Virus record (IMG/VR): IMGVR_UViG_3300020204_000022
Location: 8,555 to 72,554 of that record
Source of the DNA: a virus
DNA length: 64,000 nt
Direction: 5' to 3' (one strand)
In this document: positions 1 to 9,979 of the stretch, in pieces
Layout of the letters: each line of letters opens with the position of its first letter
Position numbering within the stretch: the first letter of the stretch is position 1
The notes under the pieces: model-generated
The model's database searches: none
The model's input: only the letters and a program-made list of their open reading frames with translations
What the model was told of the DNA's origin: nothing
Position numbers and translations under genes: made by a program

Positions 1-1
1 G

Positions 2-3000
2 GAAGCTGAAGGCTGGATCCCGGGATCATATGACGTTAACGTTTCAGACCCGCAAAAACTTTTTTACATTACTGACAAATTTGATCAATTTTATTCCTTA
101 AAAAGATTTGAAAATTACAATTCAAATACTTCAATTTGGGAAGATAACACACCACAAGCTGCTCAATTTGGGCCTTTCGAGAATCAAACTTTTGCCACCG
201 GTTCGACTTTTGGAGCTTCTTCCGGAAATTTGGTTATACCAAATCGAAGTGTGAATCTTTTGAACTTTACTGGACCAGGAGAAAAAATTGGGGGTTACAG
301 TGGAATCATCCCATCAACAATTGGGCATGCTAATTCTTTTGTCGAATTTTTAATCCCTTATGATGGACCAACGCAGGTGACTTTTATCATCCAATGGGCA
401 GGAGGGTCTAAAGGAAATTTGAGACAAAAATATGATTTAATACAATCAAATAAACTAGGAGGTACTATCTTGGGATGGAAAGCGGGTTCATCTTACAACT
501 CTGGAGATAATCATTATTTCAATTTAGCAGAAGGAACTACGCAACAAATTGCATCTTCTTTCTGTGAATGTGTTGAGAGTATTAGCTCGGTGGTTTGGGA
601 TTCTTCCCCTTCTCAGAATTTATCAATTATCCGCGTTAGAAAAGGGGGAAGCGATGGAAACACCCAATTCAAAATAGGCGTATTTTCGAATTACAATTAT
701 TTTGAATCAAAGTACCAGGGCGTTTGGTCAAACACAGAATCATATAATATCGACGACATCGTTCTTTTCGATGATATTTTCTTTGTGGCACAATCCATCA
801 TTCCGTCATCTCCAAATGGGTCGAATCCAAATCCTTTAAATAATACAGATTGGGATTTATTTCAAACTTTCACTCCTTCTGGAATTTTAAAGATCTATGG
901 TATAGATGCTTCTGAGTTAAATGGACTTTTGAATTTTCGCGGTGGATCAAATTATTTGAAATCTCGTGTTATTTTTTCCATACAGGAAGAAAATAAAATC
1001 GTTCCTGGGACTTGGATTGAGGTTGAAAGCGGAAGGGGTGTCACTGGGTCTGTTTCTAGAATAAAAGAAGTAACTAGATTTGTGGATGATCCTATTTTTT
1101 CTGGAAATTCTCAAATAACCCCGAAAATAACGGGTTTCAGGGGATTCAATGAATTTCTTATTGCTAATTTAGAAGATGAAAATGCGATCATAGATTTAGG
1201 AACAGACGGGAATTTCAATCTTTTTGAAATTGTGAGTTTGGAAACTGGGGTTTTCTCTTTCTTTGATTTGAAAGACTTTGATTTCGATTTCTTTTCTTCT
1301 AACTACGGAATAACACCTACTCCAGAATTTCATAGATATTTTCAATTGGTTCCAAATCAATCGGGTCAAATTAAGCCAAATGTTAAATATCTAGTTCGTC
1401 AAGGACAAATTTCTTATGATTCTTCTACCTATATTGAGGGACAATCTTTTATTGGATCTTCTTCTTCAGATTTATTTGCCGATTCTGGATATTCGACATT
1501 AGGAATTTACGCCGTAGTTCTACCTGCTATTTTCAGTCAGGTTGGCTGGGTGGATCAAAATTACCCTTACACAATGTCGCAAATTGCGGCTGAACAAAAT
1601 TTGAATTCTTTTATCGGATTTTACGGAATTCAGTCCATAATAGATCCAAACCCTGCACCAAATTCTTTGAACAAACAGGAAGTTTTCAATTATGGAAAAT
1701 TAACAACGGAGTATCAATATCTTCAGGAGAATTTTACAGTTTCTAGATCTAACGTGTCCAGAATTGTTCCTTTCATAAATAAGTGGGGATATCTCGGGGG
1801 AACGGACGTTAGAGGAAACATATATCGTTTGAATTCTTCTCCCGCGTTTTCGCCAACTAATTTTTCTCCAAGTTTCCAAAAGGATAAGCCAAATCCTTCT
1901 TATTTTACCCACGAGTGGTTTATTTTAGAAGGAGTTCCCATGGAATTTCCTTTGTATGGTATTTCCGAGCAAAAAAACTATCTACCCGGTAAAATTGATT
2001 TGGGCCAGGTCAGAAATGCCAACCCTAGTGCTTCTTTGTATACAACATCCTTTTTAACTGTTGAACCTACAGATTATCCGTCCCCATATGTAGATCCTAA
2101 AAACACAACAAAAGAATTTTTTACCCCTTTCTTTTACAACCCTGCAACTGGATTTTATGATTCAGTTTTCAGAGGAGTTAAAATTTCTTTGAAAAGAAGA
2201 AGTAGTAACCCAAACCCAGCCTCAGATTTGGACAAATACATTTTGAATTATAGGGGGTTTGAAGGATATAATTTTTCCTCAATTTTAAGGGTTATTCAGG
2301 AGGACTCTACCACAATCCAATCCCCGGTAACATATGAAATCATAGAAAACACCCAACAAAAATTCGTTCTTTTTGTAACCACCGTGGTAATGAAAGATTA
2401 TAGAGCTTTGCCCCTGGTAAATACCGGGGGAACTGGTGATCCTTATTTGGATTATCTTTTAATGTACAGTTTGGTGGATAAAAAGCAGAATTCGGGGATA
2501 GGATTGACCGGAGATCCTGGTCCTACTGGTTCCTTGCTTTACAAAATATCGGACACCAAATTGTCTTCGGCTTTAGATTTATCGATAACATCTTTATCTT
2601 CAGTAACAACTTTGAACAACAACAATAATGTTTACATCATATCCAATCCAAACTATGATACCGATTTGAGAGAAGAAATTAATCTTTTTTATCCAATAGG
2701 ATCTACTGGAAGTGTAGGAGGAACTGGAGCAGGTAGTTTTGTTGTTCCTAGCCAAAGTTATCTTTACCCTTGGCCGATTGGAAGATCACAAAATCTGGTT
2801 AATTTTCAGGCCATCGATTCTCCAGATTATGTATTCCAAATTCCATTTTCGATTTCTAACCCAGTTACAATACCTGTTGGCCCGAGATCGGCATATGCCG
2901 GATATCCAGTTTTTCAGGTAGAGGGGGGAGGAAATTACTTCGATTTTATCATGAAGAGAATTTCCCTATCTCAAATTTTCGAAAGAGTAAACGTGGAGAG

Positions 3001-4273
3001 CCCTTACATCAAATACACGACTTACTCCTGGGATACTGCCACCAATTCAGAGATCGTTACTCAAAATGAGTTTCAAATTTCTTTGGTACAGCCAACAGCA
3101 ATATTTAAATCTGAGGGGGTTTATCCAGAAAAAAGCTACGACGGTCCCCAAACTTTGAGTAGAAATAAACCTACCGGGTTTGAAATCGTAGAAGGAGGAT
3201 CTCAATATGCATCCGATATTCTAAGATATAATGGGCCATATGAACCTCTCTTCAAAAAGATTTTCAAATTCAAGGGGGATAAAAACGACACATTAGCCAG
3301 AAATACTTATGTTGATCTGAGTTTTAGAAACTGTACTTTCGCTCCTGAACAATCTAATTTTGGAAAAATAATAAATTTGGGATTTTCGAAGGTTTCTTTG
3401 GGGCAAAATATTTTAGAAGCATCCCAAAATTTACCCCAGGGACCAAGATATCCGCTGGTTGGTCAGACGCCAATTTCTTACAAAGATTTTTCTGTTTTTT
3501 TATCCTCATGGGATCCTGGTTATTATAATGTTTTTTCTAACGCAAGAAATCAAAACCCTGTGGCTGGTACCAGATCAATGTTGGAATTAAAATCTTTTTT
3601 GGGATCAAAAATGATGCAAACCCCATATACAATAACAATTTACACATTTATTACATTAGAAATTTCTAGAGAAACCGGAACTACAATAGTTCCTAATATC
3701 AACGAGGCTGCTAACACGGCAGTACCTTTGATCCAAAATATAAACCCCGAAACTTCTAATACGGGTATTGGACAGCTTGGAACTTATTTAAGTACAGTTG
3801 ATTTACCCGTGTTAAACCAAAACATTTTTCCACAAGTTGAAGTTTTCTGGCAGAAAAATCCAGTTACTAACACAGTAAGCGGAATAATCAGATTGGATAG
3901 AATCTTGAGGAGATATCTTCTTAACTCTGGAATTTCCACCGTCTTTGTAAATAATATGGTTTCTGATTTTGGAGTCGGTAATCCTAACAACATAAATGAT
4001 GACATAGACACTTACATCGAAAATAACATTACCCCCATTTATGAGGGAATTTCTTTCAATCTTTTTGTAAAAAAAACCGGACAAAATTTGACATCTACCG
4101 AAATTCTGGTTAGAGGGGATTTAATTAATCCAGATAGAGTAAGGTACGCTTATTATGCCCAGACAAATTTTCAACTGACTAAACAAACGGATTTGATTTA
4201 CTCCTTCGAATACGATTTGTCTAACTCTCAAAATTATTCCATGACTTTTTCATTTAGGATACAAAAAATTTGA
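2..4273 (+). CDS. Large phage structural protein, probably tail/baseplate or fibre associated; 5'-truncated by window edge
   Basis: Frame 2 is open from base 2, upstream of the listed ATG at 230 (EAEGWIPGSYDVNVSDPQKLFYITDKF...), to the stop at 4273. Beta-rich, Asn/Ser/Gly-rich composition, followed by collagen-like fibre genes. Confidence 0.7.
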   Translation, partial: EAEGWIPGSYDVNVSDPQKLFYITDKFDQFYSLKRFENYNSNTSIWEDNTPQAAQFGPFENQTFATGSTFGASSGNLVIPNRSVNLLNFTGPGEKIGGYSGIIPSTIGHANSFVEFLIPYDGPTQVTFIIQWAGGSKGNLRQKYDLIQSNKLGGTILGWKAGSSYNSGDNHYFNLAEGTTQQIASSFCECVESISSVVWDSSPSQNLSIIRVRKGGSDGNTQFKIGVFSNYNYFESKYQGVWSNTESYNIDDIVLFDDIFFVAQSIIPSSPNGSNPNPLNNTDWDLFQTFTPSGILKIYGIDASELNGLLNFRGGSNYLKSRVIFSIQEENKIVPGTWIEVESGRGVTGSVSRIKEVTRFVDDPIFSGNSQITPKITGFRGFNEFLIANLEDENAIIDLGTDGNFNLFEIVSLETGVFSFFDLKDFDFDFFSSNYGITPTPEFHRYFQLVPNQSGQIKPNVKYLVRQGQISYDSSTYIEGQSFIGSSSSDLFADSGYSTLGIYAVVLPAIFSQVGWVDQNYPYTMSQIAAEQNLNSFIGFYGIQSIIDPNPAPNSLNKQEVFNYGKLTTEYQYLQENFTVSRSNVSRIVPFINKWGYLGGTDVRGNIYRLNSSPAFSPTNFSPSFQKDKPNPSYFTHEWFILEGVPMEFPLYGISEQKNYLPGKIDLGQVRNANPSASLYTTSFLTVEPTDYPSPYVDPKNTTKEFFTPFFYNPATGFYDSVFRGVKISLKRRSSNPNPASDLDKYILNYRGFEGYNFSSILRVIQEDSTTIQSPVTYEIIENTQQKFVLFVTTVVMKDYRALPLVNTGGTGDPYLDYLLMYSLVDKKQNSGIGLTGDPGPTGSLLYKISDTKLSSALDLSITSLSSVTTLNNNNNVYIISNPNYDTDLREEINLFYPIGSTGSVGGTGAGSFVVPSQSYLYPWPIGRSQNLVNFQAIDSPDYVFQIPFSISNPVTIPVGPRSAYAGYPVFQVEGGGNYFDFIMKRISLSQIFERVNVESPYIKYTTYSWDTATNSEIVTQNEFQISLVQPTAIFKSEGVYPEKSYDGPQTLSRNKPTGFEIVEGGSQYASDILRYNGPYEPLFKKIFKFKGDKNDTLARNTYVDLSFRNCTFAPEQSNFGKIINLGFSKVSLGQNILEASQNLPQGPRYPLVGQTPISYKDFSVFLSSWDPGYYNVFSNARNQNPVAGTRSMLELKSFLGSKMMQTPYTITIYTFITLEISRETGTTIVPNINEAANTAVPLIQNINPETSNTGIGQLGTYLSTVDLPVLNQNIFPQVEVFWQKNPVTNTVSGIIRLDRILRRYLLNSGISTVFVNNMVSDFGVGNPNNINDDIDTYIENNITPIYEGISFNLFVKKTGQNLTSTEILVRGDLINPDRVRYAYYAQTNFQLTKQTDLIYSFEYDLSNSQNYSMTFSFRIQKI

Positions 4274-4287
4274 GATTCTGAAATTTA

Positions 4288-4296
4288 GAATATATA
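4288..4296 (+). promoter_or_regulatory. Late-promoter-like element GAATATATA
   Basis: Variant of a recurrent GATATATA box; 27 nt upstream of ATG 4315. Confidence 0.4.
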
Positions 4297-4314
4297 CAAA
4301 AAGAACTCAAGAAC

Positions 4315-5778
4315 ATGCCTTCTCTAAATATTTTGACTTTAAATCAGGGGGATACCCAGGAAAATATAAGAAACAAAATAAATTCCAATTTTGATTCTTT
4401 AGTTGCCAATGGTGGTGGGCCTCAGGGATTGCAGGGAGCCCAAGGTAAGCAGGGGCCAGTAGGTCCAGTCGGTCCAAAAGGAGATCCTGGTCAACAGGGG
4501 GTTAGAGGAACAAAATGGTTTGTTCAGGAAAATGCTCCAACCGGAGGAACTGGAGATCCAATTTTAGTGGGTGATTATTGGTTGGATTCAACAAGCGGAG
4601 ATAATCTTATTTATGAATTTGGACCTTCTGGATGGTTTCAGGTTGGAGATACGTTGATAAATCAAGAAATTTTTTACACATTGACCGGGGTTTCTGGTCC
4701 GAATGGGTCTACTGCTCAGAATGCAATTCTCCTAAATTCCCCGATCCCGGAACTCCAAACCTTGGTAATTTCGGATGCAGTTCTTGACCCACCAACAGCA
4801 AATCCAACCTATTCCAAAGTTTTGATTGCTACTAATTCAACCACCAATGATGCTCCTCTTTTAGAATTTGCTAAAACAAACGCAAATGATATAGGTTTAC
4901 CTGCAGATTATACAAGGCATCCCCAATTTAGATGGATGACTGCATTAGCGAATGATTACAATTTACTTTTTACAGTTCCGCAGGATACTCTAACTTTATC
5001 TTCCAAATTTTTGAATTTACAAAGTTCTGGAGTTGTCAGCATTAGTTCCAATGATGATTTGTTGATTTCTTCATCCGCATCTACTCAACTGATTTCTTCC
5101 AATTCTGTTTCCATAAATTCTACAAATAACATAGATATAAATTCCCAAAATCTCAATGTGGATTCGACTGCCTCTACTATAAATTTGACAGGAAGATTTT
5201 CAATAGAATCTAACACATCTACGGATTTTGCAGCAATTATAACAAATCAAAATCCAAATGGGAATGGAATTTCTGTAACTGTTGGAAATTCAACCTCTTC
5301 ACAAACTGTCGCCGAATTTGGAGCAAACAATTTGTCTGTTTTCAAAGCAAGATCCGATGGTAAAGTGACTTTGTCTAAATTTGGAAATGCAGTTAGAGAA
5401 ATAACTTACAATTCAAATAGATTTTCTTTTCCTGAAAATTATTGGGAAATATCAAGTTCGACAATTCCAACTGGAAATACAATATATTTCAATCCTTCTG
5501 GGGCTTACTCTGCTAATCTTGGATTTCAATTTCAAGGAGGAACCGGAGACACGGGATCGTGGGTTGATTTTCTTGAAGAGAATGAATCAATAGAATTCAG
5601 ATTCATTTGTGTTCCTGGGATTCAATATCTGGTTCGAATAAATGGAAGTACCCCCGGAACAAAGGTGGATTTTACATCTTCTAACACAATCAAAAATTTT
5701 CAGGTTACAATTATAAGATTATCAGCTGTGACTAAAATGTATTACACCGCAAATGGAGTCTCTGGTGAAATCACTTAA
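4315..5778 (+). CDS. Collagen-like repeat tail fibre protein
   Basis: GGPQGLQGAQGKQGPVGPVGPKGDPGQQGVRG Gly-X-Y repeats after a short N-terminal domain. Confidence 0.75.
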   Translation: MPSLNILTLNQGDTQENIRNKINSNFDSLVANGGGPQGLQGAQGKQGPVGPVGPKGDPGQQGVRGTKWFVQENAPTGGTGDPILVGDYWLDSTSGDNLIYEFGPSGWFQVGDTLINQEIFYTLTGVSGPNGSTAQNAILLNSPIPELQTLVISDAVLDPPTANPTYSKVLIATNSTTNDAPLLEFAKTNANDIGLPADYTRHPQFRWMTALANDYNLLFTVPQDTLTLSSKFLNLQSSGVVSISSNDDLLISSSASTQLISSNSVSINSTNNIDINSQNLNVDSTASTINLTGRFSIESNTSTDFAAIITNQNPNGNGISVTVGNSTSSQTVAEFGANNLSVFKARSDGKVTLSKFGNAVREITYNSNRFSFPENYWEISSSTIPTGNTIYFNPSGAYSANLGFQFQGGTGDTGSWVDFLEENESIEFRFICVPGIQYLVRINGSTPGTKVDFTSSNTIKNFQVTIIRLSAVTKMYYTANGVSGEIT

Positions 5779-5799
5779 GGAATTTATTTTTCAATAAAC

Positions 5800-7866
5800 A
5801 TGACATTCAACACTAAGTATATTTTACCTGGAGATGATGCACAAGAAATAATCTTCAAAACAAATTTTAACTTTGAACAAGTTTTTTTCTCGGGGGTTGG
5901 TTCAAATGGTCCGGTTGGTCTCATAGGACCCACAGGAATAATAGGGCAAGTTGGAAATGATGGAACTATTGGAGAATTGGGATTGTCCGCATCCAAATGG
6001 AATTTTTCCTTTTTACCACCAGTTACTGGGAATTCAAAGCCTGGAGATTACTGGGTTAATACTGGGCCAACATCTGGTTTTTCTATTTTCGAATTCCAAA
6101 ATTCTTCCCCATTCTGGGTGGATTCTGGATTTGATTTGTTACAAAATTCAGTTTGGAATTATGTTATAGGAGTTTCTGGTCCTGGTGGGATCGAAGATAA
6201 AACAGCTATTGGATTTGCAACAGGACCATCTGGGAATACTTTTGTTTTCTCCGATTATAATTTTAGCAATATTTCCTTACAACTCCAGAAACAGAGGGCC
6301 AATCCCACTGGTTCTAAATTTTTGATCGGAACAGATGGAACCAGACCTTTGTTGTCTTTTGGAAAAACATCTTCACTATCCAATTCTTTGCCCCAATTTT
6401 CTTGGGAAGACAATTCACCAACGAACTACAATTTGAAATTTGAATCCCCACAGAATCTACAAATTTCTTCAAAAGGATTAGGTTTGACAGCAGGAGCATC
6501 CGGTGGATCTGTTAGTTCGAATCGAATAACTCTAAGTACAGCAAACAACATTCAAATTACAAATGGGAGTCTTGAAATAAATTCACCATTATTTCAAATT
6601 AATTCGCCCAACTTGAAATGGGACGGTTCTAAATTTTCTGGTTTTTATAAAACGACAATCGGTGGAACTGGGTCAGGCTTTTCTTGTAATAATTCATCTG
6701 GACCTGGATTCAAAGTACAGATTGACGGAACTGGTGCTACTTCTGGAACTAAAATTGCTTCACTTATCTCTGAAGAAACTATCACTTGTTATGAGTTCTT
6801 ACTTGATAATACGGGTATAGGTTCCACAATATACGGATATACTGATTGTGATAATACACCACAAACCATTTTTGTTGGTGCTAATACTTACGTTGTAGTC
6901 TGTTCTATAACAACACCATATAGAATTTCAGGAGCTGCAGGTATTGCACCCGTACAATTGAATTCTTGCGGGTTGGCTTCTATCCCATTGAAAATATTTG
7001 AATCAAGAGGTGTTGGATTCAATGTGGCAGGCGGGGTAATGAAAGGACAAGGAACCTCAGGATCCGGATTCCAAGGTAAAGGTTTATGGGTAAATAAGGT
7101 TGGTTTTATAAGTAATGTACCATGGAACACAACTTTTTCTAACACTTATCCTCTTGGTAATCAATTACAAAACAACAACTACATGTTACTTGATTTGAAT
7201 TCCTCTTCCCCCGATACGATTTGTATAGATGGATCACCAAGTGTGGCTTATAATAGTTCTAATCGTAATACTTGGACTCCCATCGCGGATTCTAGAAGAA
7301 AAAGGGTATATCTACGTTTGACTGATTTTTCTGGAATTTGGGAACCTTCTTCTACCCGGACTTTTACGGTTTTACTTTTAAACGAAGATTTCAGTTTTGG
7401 TGGAATACAAACTGTATATGCTGGGGGAATATCTACTGTTCCAATTTGGGATTCGGGAGATCAGGCTAAAGCAGAAGGAGTCAAAGGATGTAGAAAATTA
7501 AGGCTGACTTTTATCAACGATAGTCAAATTTTTTGGGAGGCATTCAACCAAGTTTGTATTTGCTGGAATGTTTATAATCCAGGACCCGGTAACCTTAATT
7601 TTTCTTATGAAAATTGTTCAGGGGGTACAGGAGCAGTAAGTCTTCAAGCTTATCAAACTTCTTCAAATATTCTTTCTTATCAAAGATTAGGTGCAACTGG
7701 TGGCCAATTTTCACAAACTGGATTAAATGTTTGGAAAGGAGATTTCATTCCTCAAACTGGCTGTGTCTCTTCTGCAACAACATCTGGATTTATACCATAT
7801 AGACAAACACAACTGGTGGTAAGAAACAGCAACCCAGTTTTAGGAGGTGGCGGAATTGGTAGTTAA
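5800..7866 (+). CDS. Collagen-like tail fibre/structural protein
   Basis: GSNGPVGLIGPTGIIGQVGNDGTIGELG repeats; domain layout similar to the preceding ORF (N-term, GXY, WxxG...YWxxxxSG). Confidence 0.7.
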   Translation: MTFNTKYILPGDDAQEIIFKTNFNFEQVFFSGVGSNGPVGLIGPTGIIGQVGNDGTIGELGLSASKWNFSFLPPVTGNSKPGDYWVNTGPTSGFSIFEFQNSSPFWVDSGFDLLQNSVWNYVIGVSGPGGIEDKTAIGFATGPSGNTFVFSDYNFSNISLQLQKQRANPTGSKFLIGTDGTRPLLSFGKTSSLSNSLPQFSWEDNSPTNYNLKFESPQNLQISSKGLGLTAGASGGSVSSNRITLSTANNIQITNGSLEINSPLFQINSPNLKWDGSKFSGFYKTTIGGTGSGFSCNNSSGPGFKVQIDGTGATSGTKIASLISEETITCYEFLLDNTGIGSTIYGYTDCDNTPQTIFVGANTYVVVCSITTPYRISGAAGIAPVQLNSCGLASIPLKIFESRGVGFNVAGGVMKGQGTSGSGFQGKGLWVNKVGFISNVPWNTTFSNTYPLGNQLQNNNYMLLDLNSSSPDTICIDGSPSVAYNSSNRNTWTPIADSRRKRVYLRLTDFSGIWEPSSTRTFTVLLLNEDFSFGGIQTVYAGGISTVPIWDSGDQAKAEGVKGCRKLRLTFINDSQIFWEAFNQVCICWNVYNPGPGNLNFSYENCSGGTGAVSLQAYQTSSNILSYQRLGATGGQFSQTGLNVWKGDFIPQTGCVSSATTSGFIPYRQTQLVVRNSNPVLGGGGIGS

Positions 7867-7875
7867 TTTTTTGTT

Positions 7876-8589
7876 GTGGAAAATTTTTTCTATGAAGAAG
7901 GAAAGGAATTCAGATATCAGATAGGGGAGGTAAGCACCACGCGGCCCTGGCCCATGCTAACTTACGCGTCCGTCAAAGAATTTTTATTGGATCCTGATTG
8001 TCAGCAAATTTTTTCTAAATATCAAAACGTCTATATTTACGGACATTTTCTGTGGAAAAATTTTCAGACGTGGGATCTTGATTTGGGTTTGGCCTGTGAT
8101 TTTGATATCGCGGATTGGTCACGAATTTCTTCAGATCTCCACAAGCTTTACAATCTGGCTCTAAATAGACACTGTCTTCTCGTGGATATCACTGTTTCAC
8201 ATCTCAATGTTGCCTGTCTTTTACCAACCAAATCCGATCTAGTTGAAAATAATCAAAACACCCCAGCTTCTGAATGGAAATTTCCCAGAATTAGTCCGCC
8301 CCTGCAGGGAAAATATTCCCATAAATATGTAAAAATAAGCAGAATGGAAAAAAAGATAGGAGACACGATTCAAGTTTTTGATTATAGGGATTCCCCACGA
8401 ACTGCACAAAAAACTTCCCTCTTATTTGGTGAGCATTTGGTTATGATCGATTTTTCTGAAGTTGATTTACATGATAAAATCATTAAAAGGATAGCAAATT
8501 CTGAAAAAAATCCTTTGATCAATTTTCTGACAGTTTCTGATTTTTTAAGTCAGACCGAACTAGAATTTATTCAGATCCAGAATTACTAA
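7876..8589 (+). CDS. Hypothetical protein, possible nucleotidyltransferase-like fold
   Basis: 237 aa ORF; VYIYGHFLWKNFQTWDLDLGLACDFD resembles the G-x..DxDxG core of NTases, weakly. Confidence 0.5.
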   Translation: MENFFYEEGKEFRYQIGEVSTTRPWPMLTYASVKEFLLDPDCQQIFSKYQNVYIYGHFLWKNFQTWDLDLGLACDFDIADWSRISSDLHKLYNLALNRHCLLVDITVSHLNVACLLPTKSDLVENNQNTPASEWKFPRISPPLQGKYSHKYVKISRMEKKIGDTIQVFDYRDSPRTAQKTSLLFGEHLVMIDFSEVDLHDKIIKRIANSEKNPLINFLTVSDFLSQTELEFIQIQNY

Positions 8590-8644
8590 TCCCGTAGTTC
8601 GTTTTTTTCTGGAGTGAATATATACATAGGATTTAAATTTTTTT

Positions 8645-8902
8645 ATGCAAACCCCGCCTGTTACCCAAGATGAAATGATCTCGACAAAAGATCTAAAAAT
8701 AAAATTCTTTAGAGTGTTAGAAGACATGTCTATTGTGAATGGTAAAACCAAGAATCTTGAAACGGAGGCTGAATATCTCCTGACCAAACTTGAAAATTTA
8801 AGAAATTCAGAAAAAGATTTTACAAATTATAATCCCAGAAGTGGATTCATTAATTATTATTTGACGAAAGATTTAAACACTGTACCTGTCTTTATTTTAT
8901 GA
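8645..8902 (+). CDS. Small coiled-coil hypothetical protein
   Basis: 85 aa, tightly packed, preceded by GAATATATA at 8616-8624. Confidence 0.6.
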   Translation: MQTPPVTQDEMISTKDLKIKFFRVLEDMSIVNGKTKNLETEAEYLLTKLENLRNSEKDFTNYNPRSGFINYYLTKDLNTVPVFIL

Positions 8903-9150
8903 AAAACCAAATCATGTTAAACGAAAACGAAATCCAAGAAGCAAAAAAATTAATACAAGAATTTGGCCAAATCAAAGACCAAATCCATCTTGCGGAAGAA
9001 CAAATGTCAAGTTTAAACCAAAAAGCAGAATCGTTGATTAATCATCTGGAAGATCTTAGATCTCAAGAACAAAATTTTGTAGAGAGTCTTAAAAAAAAAT
9101 ATGGACCAGGAAAATTAAACCCACTCACCCTCAATTATGAAAAATATTGA
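8899..9150 (+). CDS. Small coiled-coil hypothetical protein
   Basis: ATGA overlap with the upstream ORF; heptad-like pattern. Confidence 0.6.
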   Translation: MKNQIMLNENEIQEAKKLIQEFGQIKDQIHLAEEQMSSLNQKAESLINHLEDLRSQEQNFVESLKKKYGPGKLNPLTLNYEKY

Positions 9151-9970
9151 TTACAAATTGCGAATAATTGTTGGTTTATCCGCCACAATTTTGATTTTTA
9201 TTTTAGCATTAATTTGGAATCTAAAGGAATTAAAAGAATCCAAAGAAGAGGCAGATAGACACAAAAGAAATTACGCCGCTATTCAAGATTCTGTGGTGAT
9301 AATTTCCTCCGAAAATGAAACTTTGTTGGCACAAAGACTTTCTTTGGAATTTTACTATGAAGAGTTAAGATCGGAAAATTTGGATTTAATTCAAAAATTG
9401 GATGTTGAAAAAAGAAAAAAAACCAAAGTGGTCATCCAAACTGTTGTTGAATATCGGGATTCTTCAATCTACGTCCCGGTGATATCCAGGTTCAACCAAA
9501 AAACCCCCGAATTGTATTTTTCGTATAAACCTACTTTGAAGGGAAAAAATTATTTGTCCATAGAAGGAATTTTACCTTATTCTATTACATACGACACCTC
9601 GAAGATTTTGATGGATTCTCTTCGATTGGGCTGGAGAATAATTCCCAAAATTAACACAGAATCTGCACATCTGAAAATAAATCAAAAAATTGACCTCATA
9701 ACAGGATTGGTTAGAGATCCTAAATCTGGTAAACTTTATGTTAGAGCCTCTACTGATTTCCCGGGGATTTCTTTTGCGGAATTAAATTCGATTAATTTAT
9801 TAGACGACGGGGAATCCAAGAGGGCTTTGAGGAATTCAAGAAAACCTTTCGGGATAGGGTTTGGCCTTGGATTAGGTTTGACATCTGGACCTGGGGGTTT
9901 TGTAGGAATGGGTCCTAATGTTGTGATTGGGGTCACTTATTCCCCTAAATTTCTTCAATTCGGCAAATAA
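9137..9970 (+). CDS. Membrane-anchored coiled-coil protein (N-terminal TM helix)
   Basis: N-terminal hydrophobic segment IIVGLSATILIFILALIW followed by coiled coil and a beta-rich C-terminus. Confidence 0.65.
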   Translation: MKNIDYKLRIIVGLSATILIFILALIWNLKELKESKEEADRHKRNYAAIQDSVVIISSENETLLAQRLSLEFYYEELRSENLDLIQKLDVEKRKKTKVVIQTVVEYRDSSIYVPVISRFNQKTPELYFSYKPTLKGKNYLSIEGILPYSITYDTSKILMDSLRLGWRIIPKINTESAHLKINQKIDLITGLVRDPKSGKLYVRASTDFPGISFAELNSINLLDDGESKRALRNSRKPFGIGFGLGLGLTSGPGGFVGMGPNVVIGVTYSPKFLQFGK

Positions 9971-9979
9971 AATTACAAA

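Noticed and set aside
1700-4084. Minus-strand ORFs (for example 1700..1912, 3784..4011, 3812..4084) inside the first structural gene
   Set aside because: Short, antisense to a well-supported long ORF, no motifs; the same applies to similar antisense ORFs elsewhere (10455.., 10763.., 17798..18163, 23429.., 26923.., 42008.., 48680..49246).
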